IMG/VR virus record: IMGVR_UViG_2851443076_000002
Coordinates: 1 to 64,000 of that record
DNA: 64,000 nucleotides
Origin: an uncultured virus (IMG/VR IMGVR_UViG_2851443076_000002)
Taxonomy: Duplodnaviria; Heunggongvirae; Uroviricota; Caudoviricetes
Direction: 5' to 3' (one strand)
Shown: piece after piece, positions 50,840-60,700 of the stretch
How the letters are laid out: each line of letters begins with the position of its first letter
Position numbering within the stretch: the first letter of the stretch is position 1
Notes under the pieces: model-generated
Seen by the model: the letters and a program-made list of their open reading frames with translations, nothing else
Databases searched by the model: none
What the model was told of the DNA's origin: nothing
Made by a program: the position numbers and the translations under genes

Positions 50840-51031
50840 ACTCCACCTCCGGGTTAACGGGGTGCTTTGTGTTTGATAAGGTTCAGGACCGGCAGGAGGA
50901 AATCTTATCAATGATGATTCCAGGTACCTGAAAATGAAAAAACCACCCTGAATAGGTGGCTAGATAATTCAACGCGAGCTATGTGCCCGGGGATAGTGTA
51001 TTGTTGCGGACCATTCATTAGGAAATATCAT

Positions 51032-51202
51032 ATGCAACAACGCAAAAACTCAAAAAACAATCGCAACTACCTCATCAAATGTACCTGCCCTAGCTGCACC
51101 AACCAATCAGAACATAGTTACACCCGAGTCCAGAAAGGCTCTGCGCTGATGTGCCCTCACTGTAGTAAGATTTTCACTCAAGACAAACTTCCCACCGCTT
51201 AG
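51032..51202 (+). CDS. YnfU-like zinc-ribbon protein
   Basis: CPSC...CPHC; RBS AGGA. Confidence 0.7.
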   Translation: MQQRKNSKNNRNYLIKCTCPSCTNQSEHSYTRVQKGSALMCPHCSKIFTQDKLPTA

Positions 51203-51397
51203 GCTTTACATCATCATAATCTCTGGTAATGCATCCACTGCTGCGCTCGTATAGATTAGAGAAGTAAGCCCATTAGGCAATGCGGCCGATGAATACCTGT
51301 TAGACGGGTCTCGGCTTACTGGCAGAAAATTAACGTTCTGGCATCGGCAAGATAAAAGGCCTGCCGCAATGGAAGGCCTTTAGGGGGTTATGCAGTA

Positions 51398-51508
51398 TGT
51401 GTGGTGCCGGGTGCCTCCCGGTAAGTCAGCCCCAGTCAACAGACCCGCGTGTGTGCTCAAAGAAAAAATTGACTGGTCGCCCCACCGCACAGGGGGATTC
51501 ACCACACA
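51398..51508. ncRNA. Structured RNA-like element, copy 1 (possibly STnc100-like; unverified)
   Basis: Closing stem TGTGTGGTG/CACCACACA; hairpins CCGGG/CCCGG, CCAGTC/GACTGG, CCCC/GGGG. Confidence 0.55.
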
Positions 51509-51676
51509 CCCACATTAGCTACACGATATGCGCCTGGTCAATTCAATGTAACCAGTAAAATACATCTTTCGGAAACTGTATAACCTAGCGGGCAATAATT
51601 AATCACTGCATATTTAATCATTACAAAAACAACAATAAATTTTCATATCTGTTATCAAATTAAGAAAAAATACTGT

Positions 51677-51690
51677 TAGGAATTTTCTCA
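51677..51690. promoter_or_regulatory. RcsAB-box-like site
   Basis: TAGGAATTTTCTCA; reverse complement TGAGAAAATTCCTA vs consensus TaAGaatatTCctA. Confidence 0.55.
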
Positions 51691-51755
51691 CTTAACTCGC
51701 ACACTACGCCTCACGCGAACCACAATATCGATAGTCTTTCAGAGGATAAGCTCAC

Positions 51756-51875
51756 ATGACAACCATAATGATGCTAGCGTTAGCTGTTGTTCTTCTTTTA
51801 GTTGCAGTGGGTTCACTGATGTCTTACATCAAAGAAAGACGCGGATATAAAAAAACTTTCAAAAAAAGATATTAA
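51756..51875 (+). CDS. Small membrane protein (39 aa): one TM plus basic tail
   Basis: MTTIMMLALAVVLLLVAVGSLMSYIKERRGYKKTFKKRY; RBS GAGGA; hairpin plus T-run at ~51897-51935. Confidence 0.75.
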   Translation: MTTIMMLALAVVLLLVAVGSLMSYIKERRGYKKTFKKRY

Positions 51876-52158
51876 CGGTTATCCACTTTTCAAGAAGCAG
51901 GGGTAGTGGTACGTAAACATTCCCCCTGTTTTTTTGCTACCACCTTTGGGAACAAAGAACTGCCTTAATCTATAAGTGCTCTCGCTTGTGATGTTCAATT
52001 TACCGTTAAAGCGCTCAAGCTGTTGAGCTAAAACCGCAGTCTGGTGCGAATCTTGCGCGTATGAGATTAAACGTGAAGTACAGCACGCTGTAATCCAATT
52101 ACCATGACCTGATTACTGATGTGAAAAGCCCAAGTAGTGCTTAGGCTAGATTATGAAC

Positions 52159-52282
52159 AAAAAAAACCCGCTTAGAGAAGCGGGAAGAAAGTTGGCAACC
52201 AAGGCTGTAACGAAAGGAAGGTGCACCTAATAGTCCGAGCTACCGATTTACCAGGAAAGCCTTCTTTTTTTACCGTTACGTT
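52159..52282 (-). ncRNA. Candidate small RNA
   Basis: TTGCTC-16-TATGGT promoter-like sequence, no clear ORF, terminator CCCGCTT-CTCT-AAGCGGG-T8. Confidence 0.35.
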
Positions 52283-52353
52283 CGTTAACCATAGCCTGAC
52301 AGACAAAAAGAGCAAGGTTTTTGTCATTACAGTCACTATGTTAAGGCATTAGT

Positions 52354-52462
52354 GTGGTGCCGGGTGCCTCCCGGTGAGCATGCCCCAGTCGGCATGGCCC
52401 GCGCTGCATTTACAGGTTTCTGTAACTGACTGGTCGCCCCTCCGCATAGGGGGATTCACCAC
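52354..52462. ncRNA. Structured RNA-like element, copy 2
   Basis: Same stems as 51398-51508 with a different central region. Confidence 0.55.
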
Positions 52463-52643
52463 CTCGATAATTTATGATGCAAACATTCAAAGTGTCAATA
52501 TCTGACCATACCGCCAGCGCCTCTGCCATAATATAAGCCAACAACGCCCACTTAAATTGTATGCATTCTAATACTTAAAGCTATTGCGAAGCCCTGACTC
52601 AATGTAGCACTCACTGATATCAGGTAAATACGAGGTAAGTAAA

Positions 52644-52847
52644 ATGCTATCTACTGATAACCAAAGAATTTCAGAGATTTTTGAACGTTTGGCAGAAATA
52701 GCAGCTAAAACTGCTGAATTAACAAGCAACCCTAATCTATCCCCTGCTCAAAAGCAGGCAGCATGTGACAGTTACTTTAGCGAACATGATCAGTTAACAA
52801 CCGAAGCCCTAGAGATCTTCAAAAAAATCACTAAAAATCCTCGGTGA
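52644..52847 (+). CDS. Hypothetical moron protein
   Basis: 67-aa ORF with RBS GAGG. Confidence 0.65.
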   Translation: MLSTDNQRISEIFERLAEIAAKTAELTSNPNLSPAQKQAACDSYFSEHDQLTTEALEIFKKITKNPR

Positions 52848-52945
52848 ATGCTGAAGCATGTGAGATTGCGTATGCAATACGACGATATGACAGGGGTATT
52901 GATGCAGCGCATCTCGCGAATACCCCTGTCGTATCGCCGGAAAGC

Positions 52946-52967
52946 AAAAACCCCGCACGGGCGGGGT
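52946..52967 (-). terminator. tR'-like terminator
   Basis: ACCCCGC-CCGT-GCGGGGT-TTTT about 70 nt after the late promoter. Confidence 0.65.
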
Positions 52968-53034
52968 CTTCGTTATATTTAGATTGTCGCTTTTTTTCGC
53001 TGCCGAGTGGCGCAGCTCTGCCAAGCATGAAGGG

Positions 53035-53062
53035 ATTATCTAACTTTCTGGCCCGTTTTCAA
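53035..53062 (-). promoter_or_regulatory. pR'-like late promoter
   Basis: TTGAAA-16-GATAAT immediately after the Q-like gene. Confidence 0.6.
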
Positions 53063-53090
53063 TACCAAACAGGAAACATAGCACTTTTTG

Positions 53091-53693
53091 CTAATCCGCA
53101 TGAATCGCCTTATGAACGGAAAGGAAAGCTTTTGCTCTGAATATTTCAAGGCACCAGCGCACTCTTTTCCGGGCCTCACTGTCTGTTAACCATGGCGCCA
53201 CCAGCTGTATTTCCCGTGTTATGTCTGAGATTTTTTTGCGGGTGGTGTAATAGTTAACGCCAACGAGATAAACCGGATCACCCGTTTCAAATATCGCCAG
53301 TACACATCGTTCAACAAATTCAACATCATCCTCAGTGATCGCAGCGTCAATGGCGACCGTTGCAGGCTTCGGCCACAAAATGGCATGCGCCCTGCTTAAT
53401 GCCTGTCGCCCGCGATACCCTTCACTTCTTGCCTGCTCGATTGCTGCCGTAAAGCGTTCTAATGCTTTATCTGACCAGTGATCACCCTTCATTCCTCGCC
53501 AGCATGAATGTCCTGATGGTTTACGCGGGGCAGCACCTCCTCTCATCCCTTCCCCCCAAACAGTAAGCAGAGATTTTATCCAGGCGGACTGAATGCCACT
53601 AAGGGGAGTGAATCGGCCCAGCCAGCTTTTGCGCGGGGCGGCGGCCACTGTTTCTAATCCTGCACGGTGCAGACGGCGTTGACGTGGTGTCAT
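53091..53693 (-). CDS. Late antitermination protein Q-like
   Basis: WIKSLLTVWGE...YYT.RK.ISDI...RVRWC; position before promoter, terminator and lysis cassette. Confidence 0.75.
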   Translation of the reverse strand: MTPRQRRLHRAGLETVAAAPRKSWLGRFTPLSGIQSAWIKSLLTVWGEGMRGGAAPRKPSGHSCWRGMKGDHWSDKALERFTAAIEQARSEGYRGRQALSRAHAILWPKPATVAIDAAITEDDVEFVERCVLAIFETGDPVYLVGVNYYTTRKKISDITREIQLVAPWLTDSEARKRVRWCLEIFRAKAFLSVHKAIHAD

Positions 53694-53709
53694 TCTGTCC
53701 TTCTCCTTA

Positions 53710-54741
53710 CTACGCCAGAACGCCGAGCGCGTATGCCCGGTCCAGCAATTTAATAATCAATACCGGCTGGGCGCCGTATTCACGCTCAAAAGCGGCAGGG
53801 TCATGGTGCAAAGCACGGTGGTGCTTGCGGCATAATGGGATCGTAAAAATATCGTGGGCCTTGGTGCCTACGCCGCCCTGCCCCCAGCCAATAAGATGGT
53901 GTGCATCATCTGCAGGCTGCCCGCAGCACATACACGGCTGTTTTTTAACCCATGAGATAAAGTCAGCTGATAACCATCGGCTCCGCTTAGGTCTCGCGAA
54001 TAGTGTCGCCGGTGCAACAGGATCGACGTTCACAGGAACCAGAGGTTTGCCCGGCGTTGTTATTGCCGTTGGCTTGATTGCTTTTTCGAGACGGGGAGAA
54101 AGAATGCTGGTGGCCGGTACCGACGGAACAATCTCACTCTCCCTGTAAACCGATTTAATGCCATCGTCTTTAATACGCAGGGATCGGCGCGCCATTTCTT
54201 CTGTAATTTCATCGCCAATCCCGGCGCCTACCGCCCACCAGCATAGCTCCGCCAGTGACAATGAGCGCTGAGCGTCCAGACCAAGCGCGATGCGGGCAGT
54301 GTCGATTACCCAGTCAGCGTTGTTAACACCTACCAGTTGATCGAGGGTTTGTTCCGTTTGGTTTTTCAGCTCATTATCACAGTGCCAGCATGCGATTATT
54401 ACACCCGTCGAATGGCGAAATGGGACAAGCTCATGGTGATGGTAATCGGAATGTGCCCACTGACAGTTTTTAACCTGCCGGCACAACCATGATTCTAAAG
54501 CACTAACACCACCAGCCGCCGTGATAACAGCTTTCTTCATGAAAAATGGTCTGAGCCCCATATCATCCCGCAACGGCTGCCGGGCATCAGGAAGTCGTCC
54601 ACTGGGTATCTTTTTCATACTTGCCGGCGGTATTTCCACAAGAACCCGGCCGGAGCCGAATAACGGCATTAATTCACTACCCGGCTTAAGCAGCACAATT
54701 CCAAGATGGCGTGCAATATCCACGTTAAGCAAAGCTCGCAT
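53710..54741 (-). CDS. DUF968 / YdfU-family protein
   Basis: MRALL...CWHCD...WVKKQPCMCCG..ADDAHH...PLCRKHH. Confidence 0.85.
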   Translation of the reverse strand: MRALLNVDIARHLGIVLLKPGSELMPLFGSGRVLVEIPPASMKKIPSGRLPDARQPLRDDMGLRPFFMKKAVITAAGGVSALESWLCRQVKNCQWAHSDYHHHELVPFRHSTGVIIACWHCDNELKNQTEQTLDQLVGVNNADWVIDTARIALGLDAQRSLSLAELCWWAVGAGIGDEITEEMARRSLRIKDDGIKSVYRESEIVPSVPATSILSPRLEKAIKPTAITTPGKPLVPVNVDPVAPATLFARPKRSRWLSADFISWVKKQPCMCCGQPADDAHHLIGWGQGGVGTKAHDIFTIPLCRKHHRALHHDPAAFEREYGAQPVLIIKLLDRAYALGVLA

Positions 54742-54944
54742 CAGTCCCTCCACATCTTCTGTATGTAGGTCCTGTCAATCCGTGGCGGCTTCTTCGATTC
54801 CGGCAACAGCACGCGGATCTCCCACGATGCAAAGTCTCTGGATAAGCTCTTCTCAACCACACAGTTATTTTTACGGTATCGCTCCACCAGCTCTGTAGCC
54901 TCAGCCTCTGAAAGTTGCTCGTGTAAAAACCAACTTTTCTTCAT
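54741..54944 (-). CDS. Hypothetical phage protein
   Basis: Coupled to neighbours; MKKSWF...A..LV.RY. Confidence 0.7.
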   Translation of the reverse strand: MKKSWFLHEQLSEAEATELVERYRKNNCVVEKSLSRDFASWEIRVLLPESKKPPRIDRTYIQKMWRD

Positions 54945-55333
54945 GGCTGATCACCGAACAGTCGCAAAAACTCAATCGCTCTTTCACGCGCGCCGGGTTC
55001 TTCAGCGATCATTTCCTGCAGCAGCTGCACGGCGAGCATAGGCTCCTTTCGCCCGACGATGGAAATTCCTCTGGAGACACGGCGAGAGAGTTTTATAAAA
55101 TTTTTTCTCTCTAACGCACGCAGATGCAACAGGACAGCATTAGACGAGCTAACGCCGAGCATATCGGCCAGCTCAGATAGCGTAGGTGGGTAGCCATGCT
55201 GATTGATGTAGGCCACCAGCAGATCGAAAACTTCCTGCTGTCGAAAAGTTAGTTTTGAAGACGAAAGCAAACCGGCGCTCGATGAAGGAGCACCAGTCTG
55301 ATGGGATTTTGATACTTCGGGGGTTTGCGTCAT
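54941..55333 (-). CDS. LexA-type DNA-binding-domain protein (no peptidase domain)
   Basis: LT.RQQEVFD...GYPPT..ELA..LG..S.NAV..HL.ALERK. Confidence 0.85.
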   Translation of the reverse strand: MTQTPEVSKSHQTGAPSSSAGLLSSSKLTFRQQEVFDLLVAYINQHGYPPTLSELADMLGVSSSNAVLLHLRALERKNFIKLSRRVSRGISIVGRKEPMLAVQLLQEMIAEEPGARERAIEFLRLFGDQP

Positions 55334-55373
55334 GGTTTCTCTCCGCGACGCAGCAGGTATAGGTTGTTCAGGC

Positions 55374-55622
55374 CTATGAAAGGAGTGTAACAGAATTCTT
55401 GCAAACGCGATAACCAGCACGCTCAAGCATCTGCGTAAAGAGTGTCGGTGTTCCTATAATATCATCATCCTGTAACGGCATGAATGACACCTCATCACCG
55501 CGTCTGTACATGAGCGCGCGCCCAGATTCCGGAAATGAGTGCAGTCTTGCAACAATAGCCCCATCGTGGCACCGAATGACCGCGTAGCCCTTACATGGTA
55601 ATTCCTGTTTATGTTTCACCAA
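55374..55622 (-). CDS. Hypothetical phage protein
   Basis: 82-aa ORF with RBS AGGAGAGG. Confidence 0.65.
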   Translation of the reverse strand: MVKHKQELPCKGYAVIRCHDGAIVARLHSFPESGRALMYRRGDEVSFMPLQDDDIIGTPTLFTQMLERAGYRVCKNSVTLLS

Positions 55623-55659
55623 TCCTCTCCTTCACACTGGAAAGTCCTTGCAAGCTGTA

Positions 55660-55893
55660 TCAAATAAACCAGTCGTCTGCACTTTTCCAAGTCTGCAAGA
55701 GGATTTCCTCAATCTTGTTCTTAACCTCTTTTTTACCACCGTAAACAGTAAACCCTTCAGTGCCTGTACGGCGTATAACCAGACTGTACTCGCCGAATTG
55801 ATTCTGGAACCCACTCAGTAATTGTTGTTCCATCACCTGAACTGAGCCTTTGAAGATTTTTTTAGTATAATCAATGCTTAACTTAACTTTCAT
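55660..55893 (-). CDS. DinI-like protein
   Basis: MKVKLSID...IEEILLQTWKSADDWF; SOS box upstream. Confidence 0.85.
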   Translation of the reverse strand: MKVKLSIDYTKKIFKGSVQVMEQQLLSGFQNQFGEYSLVIRRTGTEGFTVYGGKKEVKNKIEEILLQTWKSADDWFI

Positions 55894-55913
55894 AGATGCC
55901 TCCACTGCTTAAG

Positions 55914-55929
55914 CTGTATGCATATACAG
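55914..55929. promoter_or_regulatory. LexA (SOS) box
   Basis: CTGTATGCATATACAG = CTG-N10-CAG. Confidence 0.85.
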
Positions 55930-56115
55930 TACACCTATACTTGTGATTGATCAATGGTTTAACAGCACGAATTGTTAAGTAATGGAGGTTTATCCTCCTT
56001 GTAGGTACATATAAAATAAGTGGAATTATCATCATGGCAAGGGGAATGGTCTGTGGAACACCACCTGAGCAGATGATGTTCAAAATGAGGGATTACAATT
56101 AAAATGTGAAATTAA

Positions 56116-56976
56116 TTACCCTTTAAATTTTGCTGGGTCAGCACATTCCGGATACTTAAGACCATCGCTAAAATACATTACTTCATCTCCGGTATAACGC
56201 TCTTGAGCACTATAACTGATTCCATAAGATAAAGTTTTAGCAGAACTGTACATCGTACGAATTGGCAAAACATTATCATATGAAACTATCCAAGGTGTTT
56301 TAATCTCAGACTGTATTCTAGTAGAAATTAGAACGTGGTCCTCATGTAAATAATGATTTTCATATAATCCTTTGCCCTTAACATAATATGGAGGGTCAAA
56401 ATATGTCAAAGAGTTCTCTGGCAATGCCATTATTACTTTTGTAATAAAATCATCAGCATCGAGATTAAAAACATGAATTTGATTCTTTTTTTCGGCTATT
56501 AGTTTAATCCGCCGTATCAAATCCTCCTTATTGTATCTGGCATCCAATTTCCATTTTCCTGATTGATTCTTGCCTCCGATCACTCCCCCCTTAAGTATAC
56601 CAGAGCGATTTGTTCTATTAAGAAAGAATGTAGCAAATGCAAGTTGAAGAAGATCCTGATTTTCAGGGTTCGTAATTATTGATTTCTGAAAATGCCACTC
56701 ATCCATTGTAACATCAGTTCTCAGAATCATGTGGCATAATTCATCAGTTCGATTGAGCACACTATCCCAAAAAGAATATACAGCAAGATTCAAATCATTA
56801 AGATATATTTGTGAAGCACTTTCTTTAAAAAGTAACTTCAACGCCAAACCTGCACCACCCGCGTATGGCTCTGCGTAATGCAGATCCTGTAACTTATTCA
56901 TTCCTATGATTTTATCCATAAAATTGAACAATTTACCCTTACCGCCTGGATAACGTAATGGCGTATTAAACCGCAT
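56116..56976 (-). CDS. DNA adenine methyltransferase (Dam/D12-like class)
   Basis: PLRYPGGK, EPYAGGAG, LNDLN, YFDPPYY, SYDN. Confidence 0.92.
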   Translation of the reverse strand: MRFNTPLRYPGGKGKLFNFMDKIIGMNKLQDLHYAEPYAGGAGLALKLLFKESASQIYLNDLNLAVYSFWDSVLNRTDELCHMILRTDVTMDEWHFQKSIITNPENQDLLQLAFATFFLNRTNRSGILKGGVIGGKNQSGKWKLDARYNKEDLIRRIKLIAEKKNQIHVFNLDADDFITKVIMALPENSLTYFDPPYYVKGKGLYENHYLHEDHVLISTRIQSEIKTPWIVSYDNVLPIRTMYSSAKTLSYGISYSAQERYTGDEVMYFSDGLKYPECADPAKFKG

Positions 56977-57056
56977 AAAGCACCTCGTATGTATCAGCCA
57001 ATATTGTACCAAATTTGAAAAGGTTATGGCCATACAATAATTCAACGTAAAAACAA

Positions 57057-58799
57057 TCACTTATCAATTTGAAGATAGCCATACACTTTGCCAGACTCAA
57101 TGCCAAAGCCATTGATGAGCGCATTAATCAAGCTAGATTCAAATTTATTCTTAAATTCAACTTTATATTCTGGGTTATGTTTTAGCCAATATCTAAAGGG
57201 GTTTTTATTTACCGGACCAGTTAAAAGCTCTCGAACTTTATCATTTTGAGCAAAAGACTTGAATAAAGTTCTTAACTCTCCTTTAACACTTTCCGCACTT
57301 TTACCTTTTCTGTAATTCTTGATAACATCTGAGAGAGATATTTTTTCCTCGACTATATTCAGCCTATCTATTATATCAGCGCTAATTTTAAGAAACACTA
57401 CCTTTGTGAAGCCATTATTTTTTTGCCAATATGAGTCTTCCTTATCCAAATTATACATGAACTCAAATAAAAGCTGGTCAGGTGGAAGAGTTGTCGGCAA
57501 CAAGCATAGGCTTTTTTCAGCTTTTGCTTTTTTAGCATTCGGACCGTTATCATTTACTACATCACCATCTAAAACTATGATACTTTTATTGATAAACTCA
57601 GGAATTTTACGTGCCATCAAATCAAGCAAAGTATTGCAGCTAATATTTACATCCTTCAGTGGCGTGAGAATTTTATTTATATGTCGTTCTGTTATTAGTT
57701 GTTTAAAAAACAAATACCCCTCAAAATCCTCAAAATATACATTTATTTTAGGAAATGCCTCTTCAGCATCAACTTTTATAGTATCAACCAGTAAATCAGC
57801 ATTAATCTCTGGCCATGATAGATTTGTCTTAGCCGAAATAGGACCATATGTATCTGTGAGATACACCGTTCTATAATCTTTATCAGCAAGTTGGCTAAGT
57901 TTAAATACTTCCTCTATAAGTATTGGCGAGTGAGAAGTCATTACGATTTGTAAGTCAAGCTTACTAGCCATTCTCTTAAGAACGTTAATTAGTTCAATTT
58001 GAGCAGCAGGGAAAAGTCCTGCATCCGCCTCATCAATCAGTAGAATACCGCCATGATAATCTTTAAACTCCTCTTTCAATCTTTTAAAAGAAAATATAGC
58101 TTGTATAATTTGTCCTACGTTATCCTCGCCGACAGAAACAGATTCGTGGTCATAGTAGTCTCCATGTACAACCATTGAGTCAATAGTTCCTGTAGTTGCA
58201 GTAATGGAGGTTCCATTTTCCTTAATGAGTAGCCTTCTGTTCATTGCTAATATTTCATTTTTATTATCAATAATATATTGCTCATCCCTCTCGCTATACT
58301 CAGGCCTCAATGTTATAGGTAGAAGCCTCTGAAGGCTAAGATATATTACAGGATGTGTAACATTGCGGCTGGTATTTTTATTCCCTAAAACATCATTATT
58401 TCTGAGGACTGGCCTTGCTTTCTGATGATATTTTGAATCAACAAGACCAAGTTTTAAATTATTTAATTCTTTTTGAAAAGCACCATCATATAGAGTTATT
58501 TGCACTTCCATCCCGCCGGGCGCATCAAATTTACTTGAAAATCTAAAATGTTCACTAAATTGTGACTTGAAGCGATTCCCTGTAAGGGTCCGAAAGGAAC
58601 CTAATGACTCCGCTGGCTCCTTTGAATAATCATGAGAGAAACTAAAAATTTGTGCAATAATACCAAGTATTGTAGATTTTGACGTACCATTTTTGCCGCA
58701 AATAACAGTAATACGCTCTCCGAAGGCGATATTTACATTTTTTAATCCGCGAAAAGCTTCCACATGCATACTACGGAGTTTAGTTAAAGGTTTAGCCAC
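57057..58799 (-). CDS. ABC-type ATPase fused to a TOPRIM-like domain (OLD/PARIS/AbiL-like architecture)
   Basis: FRGL, GKNGTSKST, SVGE, LLIDE.D.GLFP, TSHS; C-terminal VYFED...VLDGD. Confidence 0.85.
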   Translation of the reverse strand: MAKPLTKLRSMHVEAFRGLKNVNIAFGERITVICGKNGTSKSTILGIIAQIFSFSHDYSKEPAESLGSFRTLTGNRFKSQFSEHFRFSSKFDAPGGMEVQITLYDGAFQKELNNLKLGLVDSKYHQKARPVLRNNDVLGNKNTSRNVTHPVIYLSLQRLLPITLRPEYSERDEQYIIDNKNEILAMNRRLLIKENGTSITATTGTIDSMVVHGDYYDHESVSVGEDNVGQIIQAIFSFKRLKEEFKDYHGGILLIDEADAGLFPAAQIELINVLKRMASKLDLQIVMTSHSPILIEEVFKLSQLADKDYRTVYLTDTYGPISAKTNLSWPEINADLLVDTIKVDAEEAFPKINVYFEDFEGYLFFKQLITERHINKILTPLKDVNISCNTLLDLMARKIPEFINKSIIVLDGDVVNDNGPNAKKAKAEKSLCLLPTTLPPDQLLFEFMYNLDKEDSYWQKNNGFTKVVFLKISADIIDRLNIVEEKISLSDVIKNYRKGKSAESVKGELRTLFKSFAQNDKVRELLTGPVNKNPFRYWLKHNPEYKVEFKNKFESSLINALINGFGIESGKVYGYLQIDK

Positions 58800-59559
58800 G
58801 ATAAATTCCTTCCTTGCGTAAGTGATTTTTATAAATACTATATATACTTTTTTTCACTTCAATTCAAGAAATACATCTTGTTGATACAGAGAACCTTGCA
58901 TATCCAAATCAAAAGTCTGCTTAGCAGGTTTGAATTAACAGAGAAAATACAAAATATAATCTTTTACTTACTTTTAATTCCCATGTGCTACGGAGTCGTC
59001 AAAGATGGATAGCTTAACAATTATGTCCAATGATATCAACTTGCCCCCCCCTATTAGCTTGCTAGTACAGGTTAAACATTTAATGAAACTTATTGCTGTG
59101 ATGCAGGAATATTTTTCAGCAGTATGATATTCAACATAATGAGTTTATGAATTTACCATTGTACTTATCATTGCTTCTTTAAAAAGTCTCTCAATTATAA
59201 GATAGCATATTTTTCTTCACTTAGTGATCTTGCAGCGTAGAAATGAACAGCATGCCTATATATTATCTGCTATTTATCATCACCTTATCCACAACCGCTT
59301 GTACTTTATTAAAAGTAGCATTTTTAGCAACTGGATGATTTTTCTCATAAACAGAAAGCTCAGGAGTTGATAGTCTAAATGAGAGACCTACATTAAGGAA
59401 GGAAATTCTAAATATTACCAATTTACAACTCAAAAATGCTCAAATCATGGTAGAAGGTTCCAATCCCTAAGAAATGACGATACAATCAATAGCAACATCT
59501 TTTATGTTTCGATGGGAATTCTCAACTCCTATTGCAAAAATACAAAGCGAGCTGGCAGA

Positions 59560-60555
59560 ATGAATGAAAATCTTTATCGCTTGATTATTGACTTTCAAAG
59601 TAATGTTCAGAGTGCCTTAAAAATCATGTATCGTTCAGGTATTCAGATGCCGTCCAGTTGTTATGAATGGCTCGAGTATCATATACCTATTTCAGGTGAG
59701 TTAGAAGACGGGCGAAAATATTACAAACATGGCTATGGATGCCGGGTGTATCTAAATTCAAAGGGGGTGGACTTTGACTTCGGGGAACAGGGTGAAGTAG
59801 GTGGGTTTAATTCGTGGGGGTTAACTGAATTTGCTGGAAGTAATTTGTCATCTTATGGCTTCAGAAATTATGAGGAAGTTAATGAACAGCTGAAGAGTGC
59901 GTTAGATAATGGACAGATAGCCCCCCTGAACAATAACCTTTACTATTTTACAGATATTCCTTTTATGTATGCATCAGATACAGACAGCCGAAATCCTGAT
60001 GATATGCTACCTTGTCGCGATCGAGACCGCGTACTAACACTCCAGATTCATTATTTTGAAACAGCTGACCTCATGTTTAAAAAATACGACAAGCTTAATG
60101 AAAGAATGAAAAAGAAAGGCCTTTTGAACCGTCAAGATAAATTTGAGTGGAGAACTTACCTTGTTACATGGTTAGGTTTTTTAGGTGTTGTATGCGAAGG
60201 TTTTCGAGGGCTAAACATCCGGCTTTTACTGAATAATGAACGCCCTAATACTTTTCAAGAATTATTACCTATTTCTAATGACATAGGGACGTTGATGAAA
60301 GCGCATTCAGATTCACTAAGAAAATTTAGAAATAATGTTTTTCATATGAGAGAGAATAGTGATTTTCTATCCCATTTTTTTGATAAAGATGTTGAGCGTC
60401 TGTCATGGGCTCGCGAATTGCATACAGCATTATCGATTTTTTTTTCGGAGTATAGAGTTTTATGTGAAGTACACTATATAAGAAATGGGCGCAAAGGAGA
60501 AAGCGAACTGTTCGCACTAAATCAACCTCGCGTAAAAAATAAAAATATACGCTAG
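59560..60555 (+). CDS. Hypothetical protein: DUF6896-like N-terminus plus C-terminal HEPN-like motif
   Basis: HGYGC...VDFDFG..G..GGF..W; FRNNVFH (Rx4H). Confidence 0.65.
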   Translation: MNENLYRLIIDFQSNVQSALKIMYRSGIQMPSSCYEWLEYHIPISGELEDGRKYYKHGYGCRVYLNSKGVDFDFGEQGEVGGFNSWGLTEFAGSNLSSYGFRNYEEVNEQLKSALDNGQIAPLNNNLYYFTDIPFMYASDTDSRNPDDMLPCRDRDRVLTLQIHYFETADLMFKKYDKLNERMKKKGLLNRQDKFEWRTYLVTWLGFLGVVCEGFRGLNIRLLLNNERPNTFQELLPISNDIGTLMKAHSDSLRKFRNNVFHMRENSDFLSHFFDKDVERLSWARELHTALSIFFSEYRVLCEVHYIRNGRKGESELFALNQPRVKNKNIR

Positions 60556-60700
60556 CATCCAGCATCGTTAACTTATCTTTAATAAAATCGTTTCTTGCTT
60601 AACACAGAAAAAGGTCGAGACGCAGAGAAAAAAATAAGGCGTGTCTATTTCCTAACCCTTTTATCCACCCCGCACTTCTGAAAATATTCGTTATGAAAAG

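Noticed and set aside
52159..52282. Loose resemblance to DsrA (TTTCCTGGT)
   Set aside because: Only short words match, too weak to name
51398..52462. tRNA genes in the late leader
   Set aside because: The elements are multi-stem but lack recognisable D-loop, T-loop and anticodon-arm geometry
58800..59510. Possible gene remnant in the AT-rich gap
   Set aside because: Multiple stops in the frames I read and no recognisable motif
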